Assembly: GCA_030390025.1 (NCBI GenBank)
Contig: CM059425.1
Coordinates: forward strand, 175,214,001-175,278,000
From: Squalus acanthias
Lineage: Eukaryota
Direction: 5' to 3'
DNA length: 64,000 nucleotides
Part shown: piece by piece, positions 34,081-49,183 of the stretch
Position numbering within the stretch: position 1 is the first letter of the stretch
Layout of the letters: the number at the start of each line of letters is the position of its first letter
The notes under the pieces: model-generated
What the model was told of the DNA's origin: nothing
Database searches by the model: none
The model's input: the letters and a program-made list of their open reading frames with translations, nothing else
Program-made: the position numbers and the translations under genes

Positions 34081-36330
34081 TTTTAATATATACATTTTTA
34101 TCTTTATGTATTTGATCCCATGGATAATTGACAGCTTTATTTAATTGTCAGTGATCTGTTTCCTTACTTCCAGTTTATACTACAAAGCGGACGGGAGGTA
34201 TGTCTCAACAGAGCATGCTTCTCAAATTGTCATATGTTGTGCTATCTAGCTATAAATAATATAAAATCCAAGTATTATATAAAAATAAGGACAAAATATA
34301 TGACTTTAAAATGGCAACAGGATTACATTTGAATGCTCTGGTCCAATTATTCCTTGCTCTTTAACTCACCTTCACCTGAAGACTACAGTTGGTCTGGACA
34401 TCCAGTGCGTGCAATACCATGAGAGATTGATTAGTCCACATAATTACTATATCCGTTGCATTATCCTCTGCATGGCAAAAATGAATGATTGGTGATTTAC
34501 CAACAATTCATAATTTCAGTCAAATATCAGTTTGCCTAAATATAACTGAATCCTTTTCTGGAGTTCCTTGTAGCTTGGCCTGATCCGGCCCACTCTGAAT
34601 CATTCCCGCCAAAGTCCTTCCCCATCTGCATTTTTCTCATCAGCTGTTGTACAGTAAAGGAGCTGAAATGAAAACAGCTGAGGAGAAAAGTGCAAGTGGA
34701 AAGGACTCTGGTTGGACAGGGTAGACTAGGAATGACTTTGACCAAACTGCTAAAGTCTCTTGCCTACCTGGCCCAAGTGGTTCCTTGTCTGCCTGCTCTT
34801 TCACCTGCCCTCCAAGTACTTTTTGGCTTAACTGCTTGCTTGCCCAGCTCAAGTGCTTCCCTGACAGTCAGCCCTGAATGTCTCTGTGTTGACATATAAG
34901 CTGGCTGGCAGTCCAGAAGAGTAGAGTGCAAAGATGGATGACGAGCAGAGTGGAGGAAAAAGGTGAAAATTCTGAGAAAATACAGCACAGAAGGAGGCAA
35001 TTTTGCCTATGACATCTGTGCTAGTGCTAGCGCTTCAACTGGAGCTATCTGCTGTGATCTCATTTCCCTGTCCTTTCCATTTATATTCTTTATTATGAAA
35101 TACATAACTGATTTATTTTTAAATTATATACCTTTTGCTTAGTACCTCTTTATTGTAAAGCAACCCGTATTCTAATAACCCTCTGTGTGAAAACATTTCT
35201 TCTAACCCCTCTCGTCTTCCAGTGATGCTCCTGAGTCTATGCCTCTTTATTCTCCATTTGCTAACCACTGGAAGCAATCTTTCATTATTGAATATTCATT
35301 TTCAGTAGTGACTCTTCCGCACCCTCCTCAGGTACTCCTTAAACCCCTTTGACACCTTCCTCTGCAAAAATTGAGGCAAAATATTGTTAAGCATCGCTGA
35401 TATTCTTTCATTCTCAAGTACAAGATTCCTATTCTTTGACTGTACTTTTACCTATGTTATGCTTTTAAAAACCATTGCTATTTTCCTTTACATTAATTGC
35501 CACTCTTCTTTGCTAAATAGTAGTGTAGTGATCAGTGCTATATCATCTGGATTATTTGTATAAATGTGTTGCATTTATTTCATATATTTCCCCAAATTAA
35601 GCATAAAGAGGGGAGTGTATCAAACAGCTAGTCTAAGAGAACAAAGTACTGTAGCAGACCAGGAGTTGGAAAGAAAAGGTCAATGGTAATGTTGATGCTC
35701 ACCTTGTTTGCAGGTGCTAATTTTATTTTCAGGTTTTTGGGCTGAAGGTTAGGGGGAGGGTCATACAATATTCTGATATATTTTATACTGGTACATTTTG
35801 TTAAATAGATGTCTGGTTCCAAACAATTTTGTTATTTTGATTATACAGATCAAGTTTACATTGTGCTTGTTACAAAAATAATGTATCCCTCTGAATTACT
35901 TGTTGCAAACTAACTGTTCTCTCATTATGCACAAGAAACTGATTATAACACTTTTAATAAATTTCATAAAAATCACATTCATGCAGAAGATACCCATCCA
36001 AATTGATTGGAACATGGATTTTAAATAGTTAACTACAATTTTTGAAACAATGGCAGGAAGAGATGTGGGCTGTTGGTGGACCCACCCACTAAACTTCATA
36101 AACATTTATAAGCAAACTAGGGTTGTTGAACTTGGAAACAAAGTATTTTTTAATGTAAAACTAACTTCAGTCAACCTTCACTCTGTTCTGAAAGCACCAA
36201 TTTAGATGACTTCTGTGTGCCTCAGCAACTTTTATAATTCAGTAGGCAAATTCTCAGGTGCAAAATACAAATCTAAGCAATTGTAAAGCTTTAGGAATTG
36301 GTTGAAAATGGCTTTCTTATTTCAGGAAAA

Positions 36331-36835
36331 GTCGTCGTCGTCTTCTTCTTAGGCAGTCCCTCGGAACTGAAGATGACTTGCTTCCACATTAAAAATGAGT
36401 TCTCAGGTGACTGATGAGTCCAATGCGGGACCTACAGTCTCTGTCACAGGTGGGGCAGATGGTGGTTGAAGGGGCGGGTGGGTGGGGTGCTTGGGTTGAC
36501 GTGCGCTCCTTCCGCTGTTTGCGCTTGGCTTCCGCGTGCTCCCGGCGAAGAGACTCAAGGCATTCGGCGCCTTCCCGGATGCTTCTCCTCCACTTTGTAC
36601 GGTCTTGGGCCAAGGATTCCCAGGTGTCGGTGGGGATGTTGCACTCTTTCAAGGAGGCTTTGAGGGTGTTCTTGAAGCATTTCCTCTGCCTAACCTGGGG
36701 CGCTCTTGCCGTGTCGGAGCTCTGAGTAGAGCGCTTGTTTTGGGAGTCTCGTATTGGGCATGCGGACGATGTGACCCGGAGCGTGGTCAAAGCTTCGATG
36801 CTGGGGATGTTGGCCTGAGCGAGAATACTGACGTT
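36331..36835 (-). mobile_element. RTE-clade LINE 3' end
   Basis: WESLAQDRTKWR and C2H2-like CPTCDRDCRSRIGLISHLRTH; (GAA/GAC)n microsatellite tail. Confidence 0.9.
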
Positions 36836-37149
36836 GAAGTAACATTTCACTGACTCCTATATTGTGTTAATTGAAATCAAGAAATCTTGTGCCTGATTAA
36901 TAACCTGGTACTTTTGTTGCTGAATATGCCCATTTATACGGGGACATGGATTTGGCAACAGCAGAACTGTTCACGGCCATCACAAGTTTTAAAGCAGAAG
37001 GAGTTGGTGCAAAAGTTGAATTTATGACTTTGTCTGGCTAGGACCTTCCCTGATGCCATGGAAGGTCCATCCAGTTCCTCCATGTACGTAGTGATAAAGC
37101 CAACTGTGTGTATAACATACAAGGTTCTGAACTAAGTTCTGTTGATCAG

Positions 37150-37710
37150 GATATTGACTTGGGCATTATCGTACATGAATCTCTAAAGGTTCACCACCAG
37201 TGTTGCGACCCTATAGCAAAAGCAAATAGAGTATTGAGGTTTATTACCAGAGCGAGTTCAATATAAAACAAAAAAGCACAATATTGTCCTTGTATAAGTC
37301 CTTGGTTAGGCCTCATCTCGAACACTATATCCAGTTTTGGTCACCTCATATGATGTGTGTTATAGAGGTCTTGGAAAAGGTTCGGCCACTAGAGGTTTTT
37401 AAAATAATGAAGGGACCATAATGTGGATACTTAAATTAGATAGGTTAGGGAGGACAAGTTATGTAAGCTTAGTATCGTTGACCTATGGAACAAGTTCCTG
37501 GTTGGTGCAGTAAGTGTGAATTTGCTACAAACATTCAAAAGGAGCGGGATAGGTTCCTTGCTGTAGTTGATCAGTGCACAAAAGGTAGGTAGGGTATTGG
37601 GTGATATGCCTCATGGTCACTGGCTTCCTGGAATTCATTTTGATCACTTTTGAAGGGTGGAGAAGAATTTCCTAGATTATTTTCCTTGAATTGGCTTAGG
37701 GTTTTTCACT
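37150..37710 (+). mobile_element. Old CR1 fragment
   Basis: DLGIIV, LYKSLVRPHLEH..QFWSP. Confidence 0.8.
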
Positions 37711-40700
37711 TGGCACGTATCAGTGACTACATTTCAAAGAAAATAATAGAGTATAAATTTTAGTACTGAGATCCAAGTACTTAATGCTGCCAGTCGTGTA
37801 GAAAGTATTTGGAAATGATTGGTTCTTTGGTGGGTGGGCTGTTATCAAGATAGGGCACTGAGTGGAAAGTGGTTTATTCACTTGATTTTCATATTAACTG
37901 TGCATTAAAAATTCTACATCTATAAATACCTTTCTTTGTGTGGAATACACTAAAGCACTTTAAAGCTTTAGTTTTTGCCTGCTAAAGATTTTTCTAAGAT
38001 TCCCGCTAGTTTCTCACTTAAACCAACATGGGAAATTATTCCAGCCTAATCATTCATAGGTAAGAAGAAAAAGGTGTTTTAACAGTTTATAAAACCGCAT
38101 TAGTGCTTGCTCAGATTCCATTATTTGATACTTCTATGTTAGTTACATTATAGTTTGTACTGGATTTATCAAAACTTTTTGGTAAAGCGACTCTAGGCTC
38201 GGCTCGTCTCTCGTGTTCTGTATATTTATATTTAAAAATAGAAAGTGCCCTCAGCTTATCCAAAGTTCTCCCAATTAGGAGGGTTCCTTAGTCAATCTGG
38301 ATAAAAGTTTTCTGCTGGACTGCATTGTTAAAATTCATACCATTTAGCAAGAAGTCGCTCAGTATTGAAATTTCAAAGACCATGGTCACAGATTGCTGGA
38401 AAATCACTCATCCAAATCAGACCTTCCAGTGGATTGCAGCATTTAGGACAACTGAATGAAATGGATGATAGCCTGTTTGATGGTATCATTATAACATTAT
38501 TGATTTTAGTATGTTGCAGTTTTTCCGTGAGCTAGGATAGGCTTGGTGCAGCAGAGAAAAAGAGAGAGAGCAGGGAGAAGAAGGATGTGCATTGTCTCTT
38601 GCTAAGTTGATGACATTTCCATAACTCTCTTATTTGATGTTCTGCTGCAATTTCTCAATGTAGAATTGTTGTAATGGAATGCCAGAAAACAAGATGTACT
38701 TTTGCAAGCCTGGTGAGCCATCTCACGCAATATAATTTATAAAGTAGTCAAAGAATTCAGTGCTTTAGAGATGTCTTGAATATTTATGCAGCCAGATAAA
38801 CTAACCAAATGCTGCTTGGAAACTTATGAAGTGAGTCCTTTAGCTTAAAATATAATGTAGCTTATACACGGTTAATACTTAGCAGTTTGTAAAGCTATTT
38901 GAATTCTAATTTTTGCTTTTACAATTTATCGGGACATTGTATACTTTTATTTAATTTTGTCCTGGTAATCCTGGAATGGTTTGAGTTTAAATGTTTGCAA
39001 CTATGGCACCTGCTTCACATCGTTAACCACACAAGGTTTTCATTTTCAAATGATTGTGAAGGATTAATGACTCAAAATCAGGAACCCAGGCTTGGGTTTA
39101 CCAGATTAAACCAGGATCGGGAATCACAGCTTTGCCTGTCGTTTGTTAATGGAGGGATCATCAGCAGTTTCAGCGAAAAAGCTTCATACTGTTGTATTTA
39201 ACATGCAGAATTGATAGAATTATTCATTAGGTTTAAAGGAGATTTTTTAGAGATGCTGTGGTGAAATAACTAAAATGCTTGCTAAATGTTGTTCTGGTTG
39301 GAATTTGTCTTTATTACAAATAATCTCATGGTTGAATGAACACTTACAATTTTGCTGAGATGTTTTCATTAATGTGAGTTTTTTTGGTGCATCACATAAA
39401 TACATAATTTTGGAGCAGTATAAAAAATTCATGCTCTACTAGTGAGGGTAAACTGCTTCTTGGAAGGATTTGTACTATGGATGGAAAAATCTAATACAGT
39501 ACTTCAAAATGTATATCTTTATAGTTTGTGTGTCTTGTCCATGTATCAGAATGTACCAACTAAGTCAGTGCAGAGTTGCTAACCATTTGCTGTCACCAGA
39601 ATAAATGTTGCTTTTCAAATAAATGGGATGTCGTGAAAGTGTCTTTTGAGGAGAACAAAATGAGAGTCGTAATGAAGAATTTCTAAATTGTTTAAAAAAA
39701 AAACTGACACCCTCATTTGGATTTATTTAGGTATATACTCCTTTTACATATGCAGTTTATGGGCAATTTCCAAAGAAAGCAGCATCCATTACTGACGAGG
39801 ATTTTGCCACACACTCCCTCCTATATAGTCCATAGCAGGCAGAGAAAGCTGTGTTTAATCTATAAATCACCTACATTTACAGTGCTTAAAAGCTACAAAC
39901 TTGGGATTAAACAGCAGAAATCTAATTTCTGAAAACAAACCTTTCTTTCGGTGAAGGAGATGGATGGCTTGCTGCTGGAACTGCTGCATGCACGACAAAC
40001 CCACCAAATAGGCAGTACTTTCAGTTCCTCTGGGAGGTGCCTTCAATCTAGCAGCTAAACAGCAGCACAAACTGTGGGGGAGGTACTGTAACACTGACTT
40101 GTCTTCTAAGATAGCATAACAGCGAGGGCTGGACAACTTCTGAAAATTTTTAACCAACAGATCATTAATTGTTCAACCCATGTTATCACACTCTGAGACA
40201 ATGTGTTACTCTACGTTGAATTATTTTTTAAGTGGAAGATGTTTGGCTTGTGGAGAATGTCAGCAGGCTTGCATCATTAATTCAGGCTGCGAGTCCGTTT
40301 TGGGTTGAAAATGGCTGGCTTTACTGGAATGTAGCAGGCAGAGAAGCTGGAAGCAGTTGCACTGTATGTATGGCTTAAATTCTGGGACATTTCAATTCTG
40401 CACACGAAAAGCCAGCACTATGAGCTCTGGAGTTGCTGTTAAATGTGGAACTGATTCAACAACAGAAAAAAATGAGGTGAGAGCTGAATAACTATGGAAG
40501 AGGATTGTGGGGAAGATGAAACTTTAATGGACTTTGTGCATCTTTGGACTTTTGAAGCTTACAGCATTAGTCAGGAAATGATCTGCATGTTTTTGCATTG
40601 GCACGGCATGAGTTTAGCTTTGTCAGGAATGTCAGTTGGTCAGGCAAAGCTGTTGAGACATTTAAGGGTATATTGCAGGAAATATTTTTTTGAGTAGAGA

Positions 40701-41484
40701 AATAATTCATTCAGAGATTTGTATCATTATACTCATTAAAGTTAGATAAATTCATTAAGTTCAATATAGGCTACAAAACTTCCAATTAAAGTTGGCAATA
40801 AATTACAAATACCGACGGCAGCTTTAGTCTTCTTCCTCCTCTTCCGTTTAGCAGACAGTGATATTCCAGATGCCAGGATGGATTTGATTGTTTTCTTAAC
40901 TGGGGGAAGGGTCAGGAAGTGAAGGCTGTAGGAGAGTTTAATGTTGCAACCGAAGACCAACTACAAGTCATTTTCCTTATATGGCCTCTTTAATAACCCT
41001 CCCACTCCCCCCCGAAATATTTCATTTTTGCTGAAGTAAGGACTTTGTCTTGGAAACAACGTTTGATTTTGTTCTGTAAATTTAATGTCTAGTCATTAGT
41101 TATCAAAAGTGGACTTAGCTTTTTTTCACTTGCATTTTAACTACGTATTCATTGTGTGTTTGCGTTTGGGGAGAAAAGTGTAATTTTCTATATTACCCCA
41201 TTTTTTTGTTTTTTTTAAGTTGGATAAATTACTATGGTTTGGCATGACAAATGGGATGAAGCTTGTATTCAATTCCCAACAGATATTTAAATATAACTTA
41301 ATTAGAACCGTTCACCACAGTAAACTAATACCTTTTTTGGTAAAACAGAATCCTACATGGCATTAATACGATTGCAGCGTTTTTATTTTATTCATTCATG
41401 GGCCTCCTAACTGCAGCTTAACCACTGAGTTATATAGATTTAGCATTACCTCTTTGCCTTTTCTTGCAAAACATGGGGGGAGAT

Positions 41485-43102
41485 TTTTAAAAATTTGTTC
41501 ATGGGATGTGGGCGTCGCTGGCAACGCCAGCATTTATTGCCCATTCCTAGTTGCCCTTGAGAAGGTGGTGGTGAGCCGCTTTCTTGAACCGCTGCAGTCA
41601 GTGTGGTGGAGGTACTCCCACAGTGCTGTTAGGGAGAGAATTCCAGGATTTTGACCCAGCAACGATGAAGGAACGGCGATATATTTCCAAGTCAGGATGG
41701 TGTGTGACTTGGAGGGGAACTTGCAGGTGATGGTATTCCCATGCGCCTGCTTCCCTTGTCCTTCTGGGTGGTAGAGGTCGTGGGTTTGGAAGGTGCGGTC
41801 GAAGAAGCCTTGGCGAGTTGCTGCAGTGCATCTTGTAGATGGTACACACTGCAGCCACGGTACGTCAGTGGTGGAGGGAGTGAATGTTTACGGTGGTGGA
41901 TGGGATGCCAATCCAGTTGGCTGCTTTGTCCTGGATGATGTCGAGCTTCTTGAGTGTTGTTGGAGCTGCACTCATCCAGGCAAGTGGAGCGTATGCCATC
42001 ACACTCCTGACTTGTGCCTTGTAGATGGTGGAAAGGCTTTGGGGAGTTGGGAGGTGAGTCACTCGCCTCTGACCTGCCCTTGTAGCCACAGTACTTATGT
42101 GGCTGGTCCAGTTAAGCTTCCTGTCAATGGTGATCCCCAGGATGTTGATGGTGGGGGATTCAGCAATGGTAATCCTGTTGAATGCCAAAGGGAGGTGGCT
42201 AGACTCTCTCTTGTTGGCGATGGTCATTGCCTGGCACTTGTGGCTCGATTGTTACTTACTTCTTAAGCCCAAGCCTGAATATTGTCCAAGTCTTGCTGCA
42301 TGCAGTAACGGACTGCTTCATTACCTGAGGAGTTGCAAATGGAACTGAACACTGTGCAATCATTAGCAAACATCCCCACTTCTGACCTTATGATGGAAGG
42401 AAGGTAATTGATGAAGCAGCTGAAGATGGTTGGGCCTAGGACACTGCCCTGAGGAACTCCTGCAGCAATATCCTGGGACTGAGATGATTGGCCTCCAACA
42501 ACCACAACCATCTTCCTTTGTGCTAGGTATGACTCCAGCCAGTGGAGAGTTTCCCCCTGATTCCCATAGACTTCAGTTTTACTAGGGTTCCTTGATGCCA
42601 CACTCTGTCAAATGCTGCCTTGATGTCAAGGGCAGTCACTCTCTCACATCACCTCTAGTATTCAGCTCTTTTGTCCAAGTTTGAACCAAGGCTGTAATGA
42701 GGTCTGGAGCAGAGTGCCCCTGGTGGAACCAAACTAAGCATTGGTGAGTGCCATTTAGTAGCACTGTTGACGACACCTTCCCTCACTTTGCTGAAGATTG
42801 AGAGTAGGCTGATGGGGTGTTGATTGGCTAGATTGGAATTGTCCTGCTTTTTATGGACAGGACATACCTGGGCAATTTTCCACTTTGTTGGGTAGATGCC
42901 AGTGTTGCAACTGTCCTGGAACATCTTGGCTAGAGGCACTGCTAGTTCTGGAGCACAAGTCTTCAGCACTATAGCTGGGATGTTATCGCGGCCCATAGCC
43001 TTTGCTGTATCCAGTGCACCCAGCTGTTTTTTGATATCATGTGGAGTGAATCGAATTGGCTGAAGACTGGCTTCTCTGATGGTGGTGACCTCAGGAGGAG
43101 GC
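41485..43102 (-). mobile_element. Family B LINE, 5'-truncated RT plus 3' tail
   Basis: Colinear with ~1360-2925; [27 protein letters not shown]. Confidence 0.92.
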
Positions 43103-44509
43103 CTATTAATGTATAATTGCTCTGCTTGTGAAAATAAGATTTACAAAAATGTTAAATGACAATGGTATCAACTATGGAACTCTATATCTGTGGACAAAAA
43201 CATGATTTCTAGATTATTGTGCAATTTACAAACAATTTAAAATGGTTATTTTCCCCAACCATTATGTTTATGTTTAGGATTTTTAAAAACTAAATCATTG
43301 CAATAGCAAATTGGTACCAGAAGTGTTAGTTCGTTCATACTTTCAGTTGAGTAAAATTACTGGTACAAGATTTCACTGAGTCCATTGTCACACTTGTAAT
43401 AGACAATTTAAATGATGTTGCTCTGTAGCTACTATGATGTATGAAATATGATAAATTGATGCAGCATATAGTGTAAAAAGAGAACTCTAGTAAATAATTT
43501 TGATTAAATATAGGACAAAATGTCTAAGTAAATGCCAATGAAAGTAATGATCTCCAGGTTTCTGATGAATATTTGGCACAACTCTATTCTTTCTATGTGA
43601 TATTAAAATATTTCCAGCTGTTTAGGAGCAGAGGCACAACCACTTAAGAAATGTTGGCCTGGGATTTGGGGTGGGGGGGTGTGGTGAAAGATATCCGACA
43701 CAAATCTGGGATTGGGAACATGGGTCATAGTAGCACATTACCCATGCCACAAAACTTTGGAAGAGGTAGGTATGTTCCACTCATTCCCTTGCCCCTCTCC
43801 CCTCTCCCCTATGGTTACACCAATGTTTGGAATGTCTAGTAGGGTTATGAATTAATGTAGATTCTTTTTTTAAAAAGATTGTATGGGATATTCAGCTTTA
43901 TATAAGATTATTTTAGAGGTACTATTAATCTTTACAGGATGAATAAGCACCTTCTGCTTGTGAGACTTATCAGTATGAGGAACAATTTAGCCTCTAGCTC
44001 TGGTTGAAGTACGTTGACCAATTGTGCAACTCATTATTTTAAAAATTGACCTAAATGATCCTTAGATACAAAGTAATTTTAAACACTATTGAAAAGCAAG
44101 ATGCAGTGCTGCCTAACTTGTATTACGCAATCTCTTATGTAATACTCTTGTGTTGCTCATAGACAGTCTGAGCTCTTAAGAGCACTTGTGATGTTTTAAA
44201 ATTAAAATCACTGGAGCTTGAGAAGTAAGGGCTCGCCAATTAGAGTGCGGAGAACACTGAATTATGATGGCAGCTGTTATGAGGGACTATATTTTGCTGT
44301 ATCTGATTCCCAGTCAAAAGTCGATTCGAGGGAGAACATTTAAATTTGTTTCTTCAAAAAATGGGAATGTCTCTTCAAAGCACTGGAATATTTTGATGAT
44401 TGACAGCAAGACTGGCCATTCGCAAAAGCTCACCCTGTCTGTAATATCAAATTTACCTGTGTAGTATTATGTTAGACTAAGGGGAATCTGCATTTTTGAA
44501 GTCAAGCTT

Positions 44510-44980
44510 GTCTGTGACACCGTATCCTTGTTGACCCAAATTGGCTGCTTGTCCCACAATGTGTTGAATTAAAAATTCTTGTCTTGCTCTTCAAATCATT
44601 CTGTACCCCCACCCCACCCTAAATGTGCAAGTTCATCCAAACTTACATCCTTTCCTGCACTCTATGGTTATCTGACTCTGTATTTTGTGTATTTCCCACT
44701 TTATTTACCTCACAGTTGATGGCACGGCCTTCAGCTGCTCCTGCCCTTCTCTCTGGAATTTCTTCCTTAAACTCTTTAAGGTGTTCAGTTTTCTCTCCAC
44801 CTTTTAAAAGCCTTCTCAAAACCCATCTTTTTGACCAAGCCTTCTGTCCCCTATGTTAACTATAGCACCATTGTTCATTGTCTGTTCCTTTATTGCTTTA
44901 TCTTTTTTTCTCCCCTACCCTCTGTAAGCACCTTTGGATATTTTCTATATTAAAGGCACTTTATAAATGCAAGTTGTTGT
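44510..44980 (+). mobile_element. L2 3' fragment
   Basis: FKSLLKTHLFDQAF; tail TATAAATGCAAGTTGTTG. Confidence 0.8.
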
Positions 44981-46579
44981 AGTCTATCAAAGTGGCAGGT
45001 ACATTGACATTGGTGCAGTCTATCTCTTGTAATCCACTAGTGTGACATACACAGAGTAAGGTTGGTGCATTCTGGGAGTCTGCTACTTAGTGAGTCTCTA
45101 TCTGGGAAAAGCTGAGGTACACAAAGCCTGGGACATACAGCAGAACTCAAGCCTCAGCCTTCAGAGAAAGGGGCAGTGCTGTGGGGTGATGTGTGAATGA
45201 AGGACTTCTTGGAAAGGTGGGTGAAGGACTTCTTAGAGGTGTTTCTAACATACAATTGCTGATTTTATGGGTACATTTGTTTTATTCAGTATTACAATTT
45301 TTTTTAATAGGTTTGCTGAATATTCAGTACGTTCAGAACTAGAAATGACAGCTGGGACAACTTTGGAAAAAAATCAATGTAACACTGTGATTAGTTAAAA
45401 TTTCACATGGTTGCTTTTCTGTGGGACCTTTGCTGAACTATACTTAAACAAATTAATATGCTTAATGTTGCTTATTTGAGTCAATTAAAATGACACTTCA
45501 CCTTTATGTTGAGGCAGATTTAATGTACCATCCATAGATTTAATCTGTGATGCACTATAGCAAGACTTTTAAAATTATACCTATATAAAAATAGTCGGTC
45601 AAACTTTGTTGCACCCTCTCGTATGCAAATTAGTTGCAGTCTAATGTAATAGTTTTTTTTGCTGTTTCTATCAACAGTTTGGTAACCTACTAATCAAGTA
45701 CCAGGCAGAAATGAAAACCACTAATCCTAAAGTTGAAATAAACGACAAATAAAGGTGAACTAACCAATTGCTCCTAATATTTTTGAAATTACTTTTGGCC
45801 ATCATCATAATTTTGTTGGCCAACAACTTTATTAAGGAAACGACTTAATTAAGGGAAGTCCCAACATTAGTTCATCAGCAAAACATTGACAATGTTGTCA
45901 CTCCATAACTTTGTCTTGAGTGCAACAGACCAGCTGATATAAATGGGTATAGTCCTTTTCATAAGCTGAGTACTTAATAATGGTTTGTAATGTAAGGACA
46001 ATGGAAAATGACAAAACTTTGCAAGAAAATCATAGTATGTTCTATGTTTGAAATGCCTGTAGCGGGGTTTCCTTTGGAGACCTGTGCCTCTGCGATGTTG
46101 GAGTCTTGAATTCATGAAGGTTTTCAAATCTATTAGTTAGCTGAAGAGCCTCCAGAATTTTTTTGATTGACAACATGACTAATTATTCACAGAGGCTTGC
46201 TGTTTGTAAATCCCACCCTCTTCAATAGAAAATTACTGAGAACAATACTATTCTCATTGGGGGAAAAAACATTTTTACGACATTGAAAGTAACAATTTTT
46301 TGTATAAAACATTGAAAAATTAAAGCATGAACTGTTCCTCCATTTCTAGGTATTTTTTCTGAAGCAAACAACTTTGGTTACTATATTCAAGTAGTTCCTT
46401 TCATATTACAAGCATGATAAATAAAACTTCAAACAATGCTAAATTTATATATATAATATTTTGTCATATATTGTAAATAGTTACAGCAGCTACCTCTTGT
46501 CTTTATACTGACAATTCAAAAAACAATTGTTCATATAAAGAATACAGTTAGCAAATTGTGCAAGGAGATTTTATTTGTT

Positions 46580-46985
46580 TACATAGAATGTACAGCACAG
46601 AAACAGGCCATTTGGCCTAATTGGTCCATGTAGGTGTTTATGCTCCACACCACTCTCCTCCTATCCCTCTTCATCTAACCCTATCAGCATAACTTCTTAT
46701 CGCATTCTCCCTCATGTGTTTATCTAGCTTACCCTTAAATGCATCCATGTTATTCGCCTCAACTACTTCTTGTGGTAGCGAGTTCCACATTCTCGCCACT
46801 CTCTGAATAAAGAAGTTTCTTCTGAATTCCTTATTGGATTTATTAATGGCCTCCAGTTTTGGTCTCCCCGACAAGTGGAAACATCTTCTCTATGTCTACC
46901 CTATGAAACCCATTCATAATATTAAAGACCTCTATAAGGTCACCCCTCAGCCTTCTCTTTTCTAGAGAAAAGATCACGGGTTCTT
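46580..46985 (-). mobile_element. CR1 3' end
   Basis: [31 protein letters not shown]. Confidence 0.88.
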
Positions 46986-47019
46986 CAATACTGTCTGAAT
47001 AATCAAAAAGCACTTCCAT

Positions 47020-47790
47020 GAAGTAAAAACAGAAAATGCTGCGAACGTATAGCAGCACAGTTAGCATCTGTAAAGAGAAAAGACTTGTTATGACATTTTA
47101 AATATGTATTGTTATCACTTAGTTTTTCCACCCATCAAGAAAAAAATAGACATTTTAGTATGGTTGGAAAATAGAGAGAAAGGGGGGAAGGAAGAGAGAG
47201 GGAGAGAACCAACAGATACACTAATCACCGAGGAAGTTAGTGTTACAAGACCTGGAAACTCCTAAATAGAAAAATGTTCGGTGATTAATGTGATCAGTGA
47301 GATAATGCAGTCACGTAGAAAGGACAACATGTGCAAGTATTGTGGTTGGCGGTGAAAAGACACAGGAGAGGTCCATGTGCAACAAAAGCATGAAAAATTA
47401 AAAAAAACCAGGATTTTTTAAATAAAAAGCAGTTGCAGCAGAAATGTGATTGGAAAAAAAAATGAAAACCAAGTAAGCTGGATCCACCAATCATGAGGAG
47501 AAAAAGAAGAAAGTCTACACTAAGGGCCCCAGAACCCCTCCAGTACTGTGCTGTGATGAGGGGTCGGCAACCCTCCTCCCAGACACTGAAAAACCCTACG
47601 CACATTGAAAGCACCCACTACTGAATAGAGAATGGAGGGTATAGTTAAGGTTTGAAATTACTAAAGCCATTGTTAAACCAGAGGGCTGCAGTGTGCCAAC
47701 AGAATGATGAGATACTGTTCTTGAAGCTTGTTTTGAGTTTTGTTGGAGCAGGATAGTAGAGCAAAGATGGAGAGGCAGAATGGGAGCTGA
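47020..47790 (-). mobile_element. Degraded Penelope-like 3' region
   Basis: TAAAAACAGAAAATGCTG..AGCATCTG pLTR end like 31359; minus-strand translation near 47670-47760 resembles K.QEQ.LI..L..LQP.GL (GIY-YIG C-terminus). Confidence 0.55.
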
Positions 47791-48968
47791 AGTAGTGGAC
47801 AGGGGAAATGTCTATGGATGTTATTTATATGGACTTTCAGAAGGCATTTGATAAAGTCCCTCATAAGAGACTGCTAACTAAGGTTGAAGCCCATGGAATT
47901 GAAGGTAAATTATTGACCTGGTTAGGAAATTGGTTGAGTGGCAGGGGACAGAGAGTAGGGATAATGGGTAGGTACTCAACTTGGCAGGATGTGACTAATG
48001 GTGTCCTGCAGGGATCTGTGTTGGGGCCTCAACTATTCACTGTGTTTATTAACAACTTAGATGACGAGAAAGATAGCTACATATCCAAATTTGCCGATGA
48101 CACAAAGATAGGCGTTTTATAAGCAGTGTAGATGAAAGTCTAAAATTACAAAGAGGTATTGATAGATTAAGTGGGCAAAATTGTGGCAAATGGATTTCAA
48201 TGTAGACAAATGTGAGTTTATCCACTTGGGACCTATAAAGGATAGAACAGGGTACTTTCTAAATGGTGAAAAGCTAAAAACAGTGGAGGTCCAAAGAGAC
48301 TTTGGGGTCCAGGTACATAGATCATTAAACTGTCATGAACAGGTACAGAAAATAATCAAAAAGGCTAATGGACTAGAATACAATGGGGTAGAAGTTATGC
48401 TGCAGCTAAAGAAAACCCTGGTTAGACCACACCTGGAGTACTGTGAGCAGTTCTGGGCACCACACCTTGGGAAGGATATATTGGCCTTGGAGGGAGTGCA
48501 GCATAGGTTTACCAGAATGATACCCGGACTTCAAGGGTTAAGTTAAGAGGAGAGATTACACAAATTAGGGTTGTATTCCCTGGAATTTAGAAAGTTAAGG
48601 GGTGATTTGATCAAAGTTTTCAAAATATTAAAAGGAACAGATAGGGTAGATAGAGAGAAACTATTTTCGCTGGTTGGGGAGTAGGGGGCATAGTCTTAAA
48701 AATTAGAGCCAGACCTTTCAGAAGTGAAATTCGGAAACACTTCTCCACACAGGGTGGTAGAAGTTTGGAATTCTCTTCCGCAAATGGCACTTGATGCTAG
48801 ATTAATTGTTAATTTTAAATCTGAGATTGATAGTTTTTTTGTTAACCAAAGGTATTAAGGGATATTGGCCGAATGCAGGTATATGGAGTTAGGTCGCAGA
48901 TCAGTCAGGATCTCATTGAATGGCGGAACAGGCTCGAGGGGCTGAATGGCCTACTCCTGTTCCTATGA
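47791..48968 (+). mobile_element. CR1 RT to 3' UTR
   Basis: [31 protein letters not shown]. Confidence 0.92.
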
Positions 48969-49183
48969 AGTGGTGAATCACAGGAAGGTCAGGGTCACAC
49001 TCCGATATAATGATATGCCCATCCCCACTGAGTGCAATTTTCAGTCTTTTTCATTTTAATTTTGAAAGCTTTCCAGACAAACAAATGTAACCATATTAAT
49101 TATCAGTCTTGTCTTCTGTGTGGCTGAAACCCAACTGATTTATGTTCCACCCCAAATTGTGTCCCTTGGAATTACATCCCAGC

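Noticed and set aside
34520..35060. Moderately GC-rich stretch with several short ORFs
   Set aside because: No consistent frame, splice signals or motif; left unexplained.
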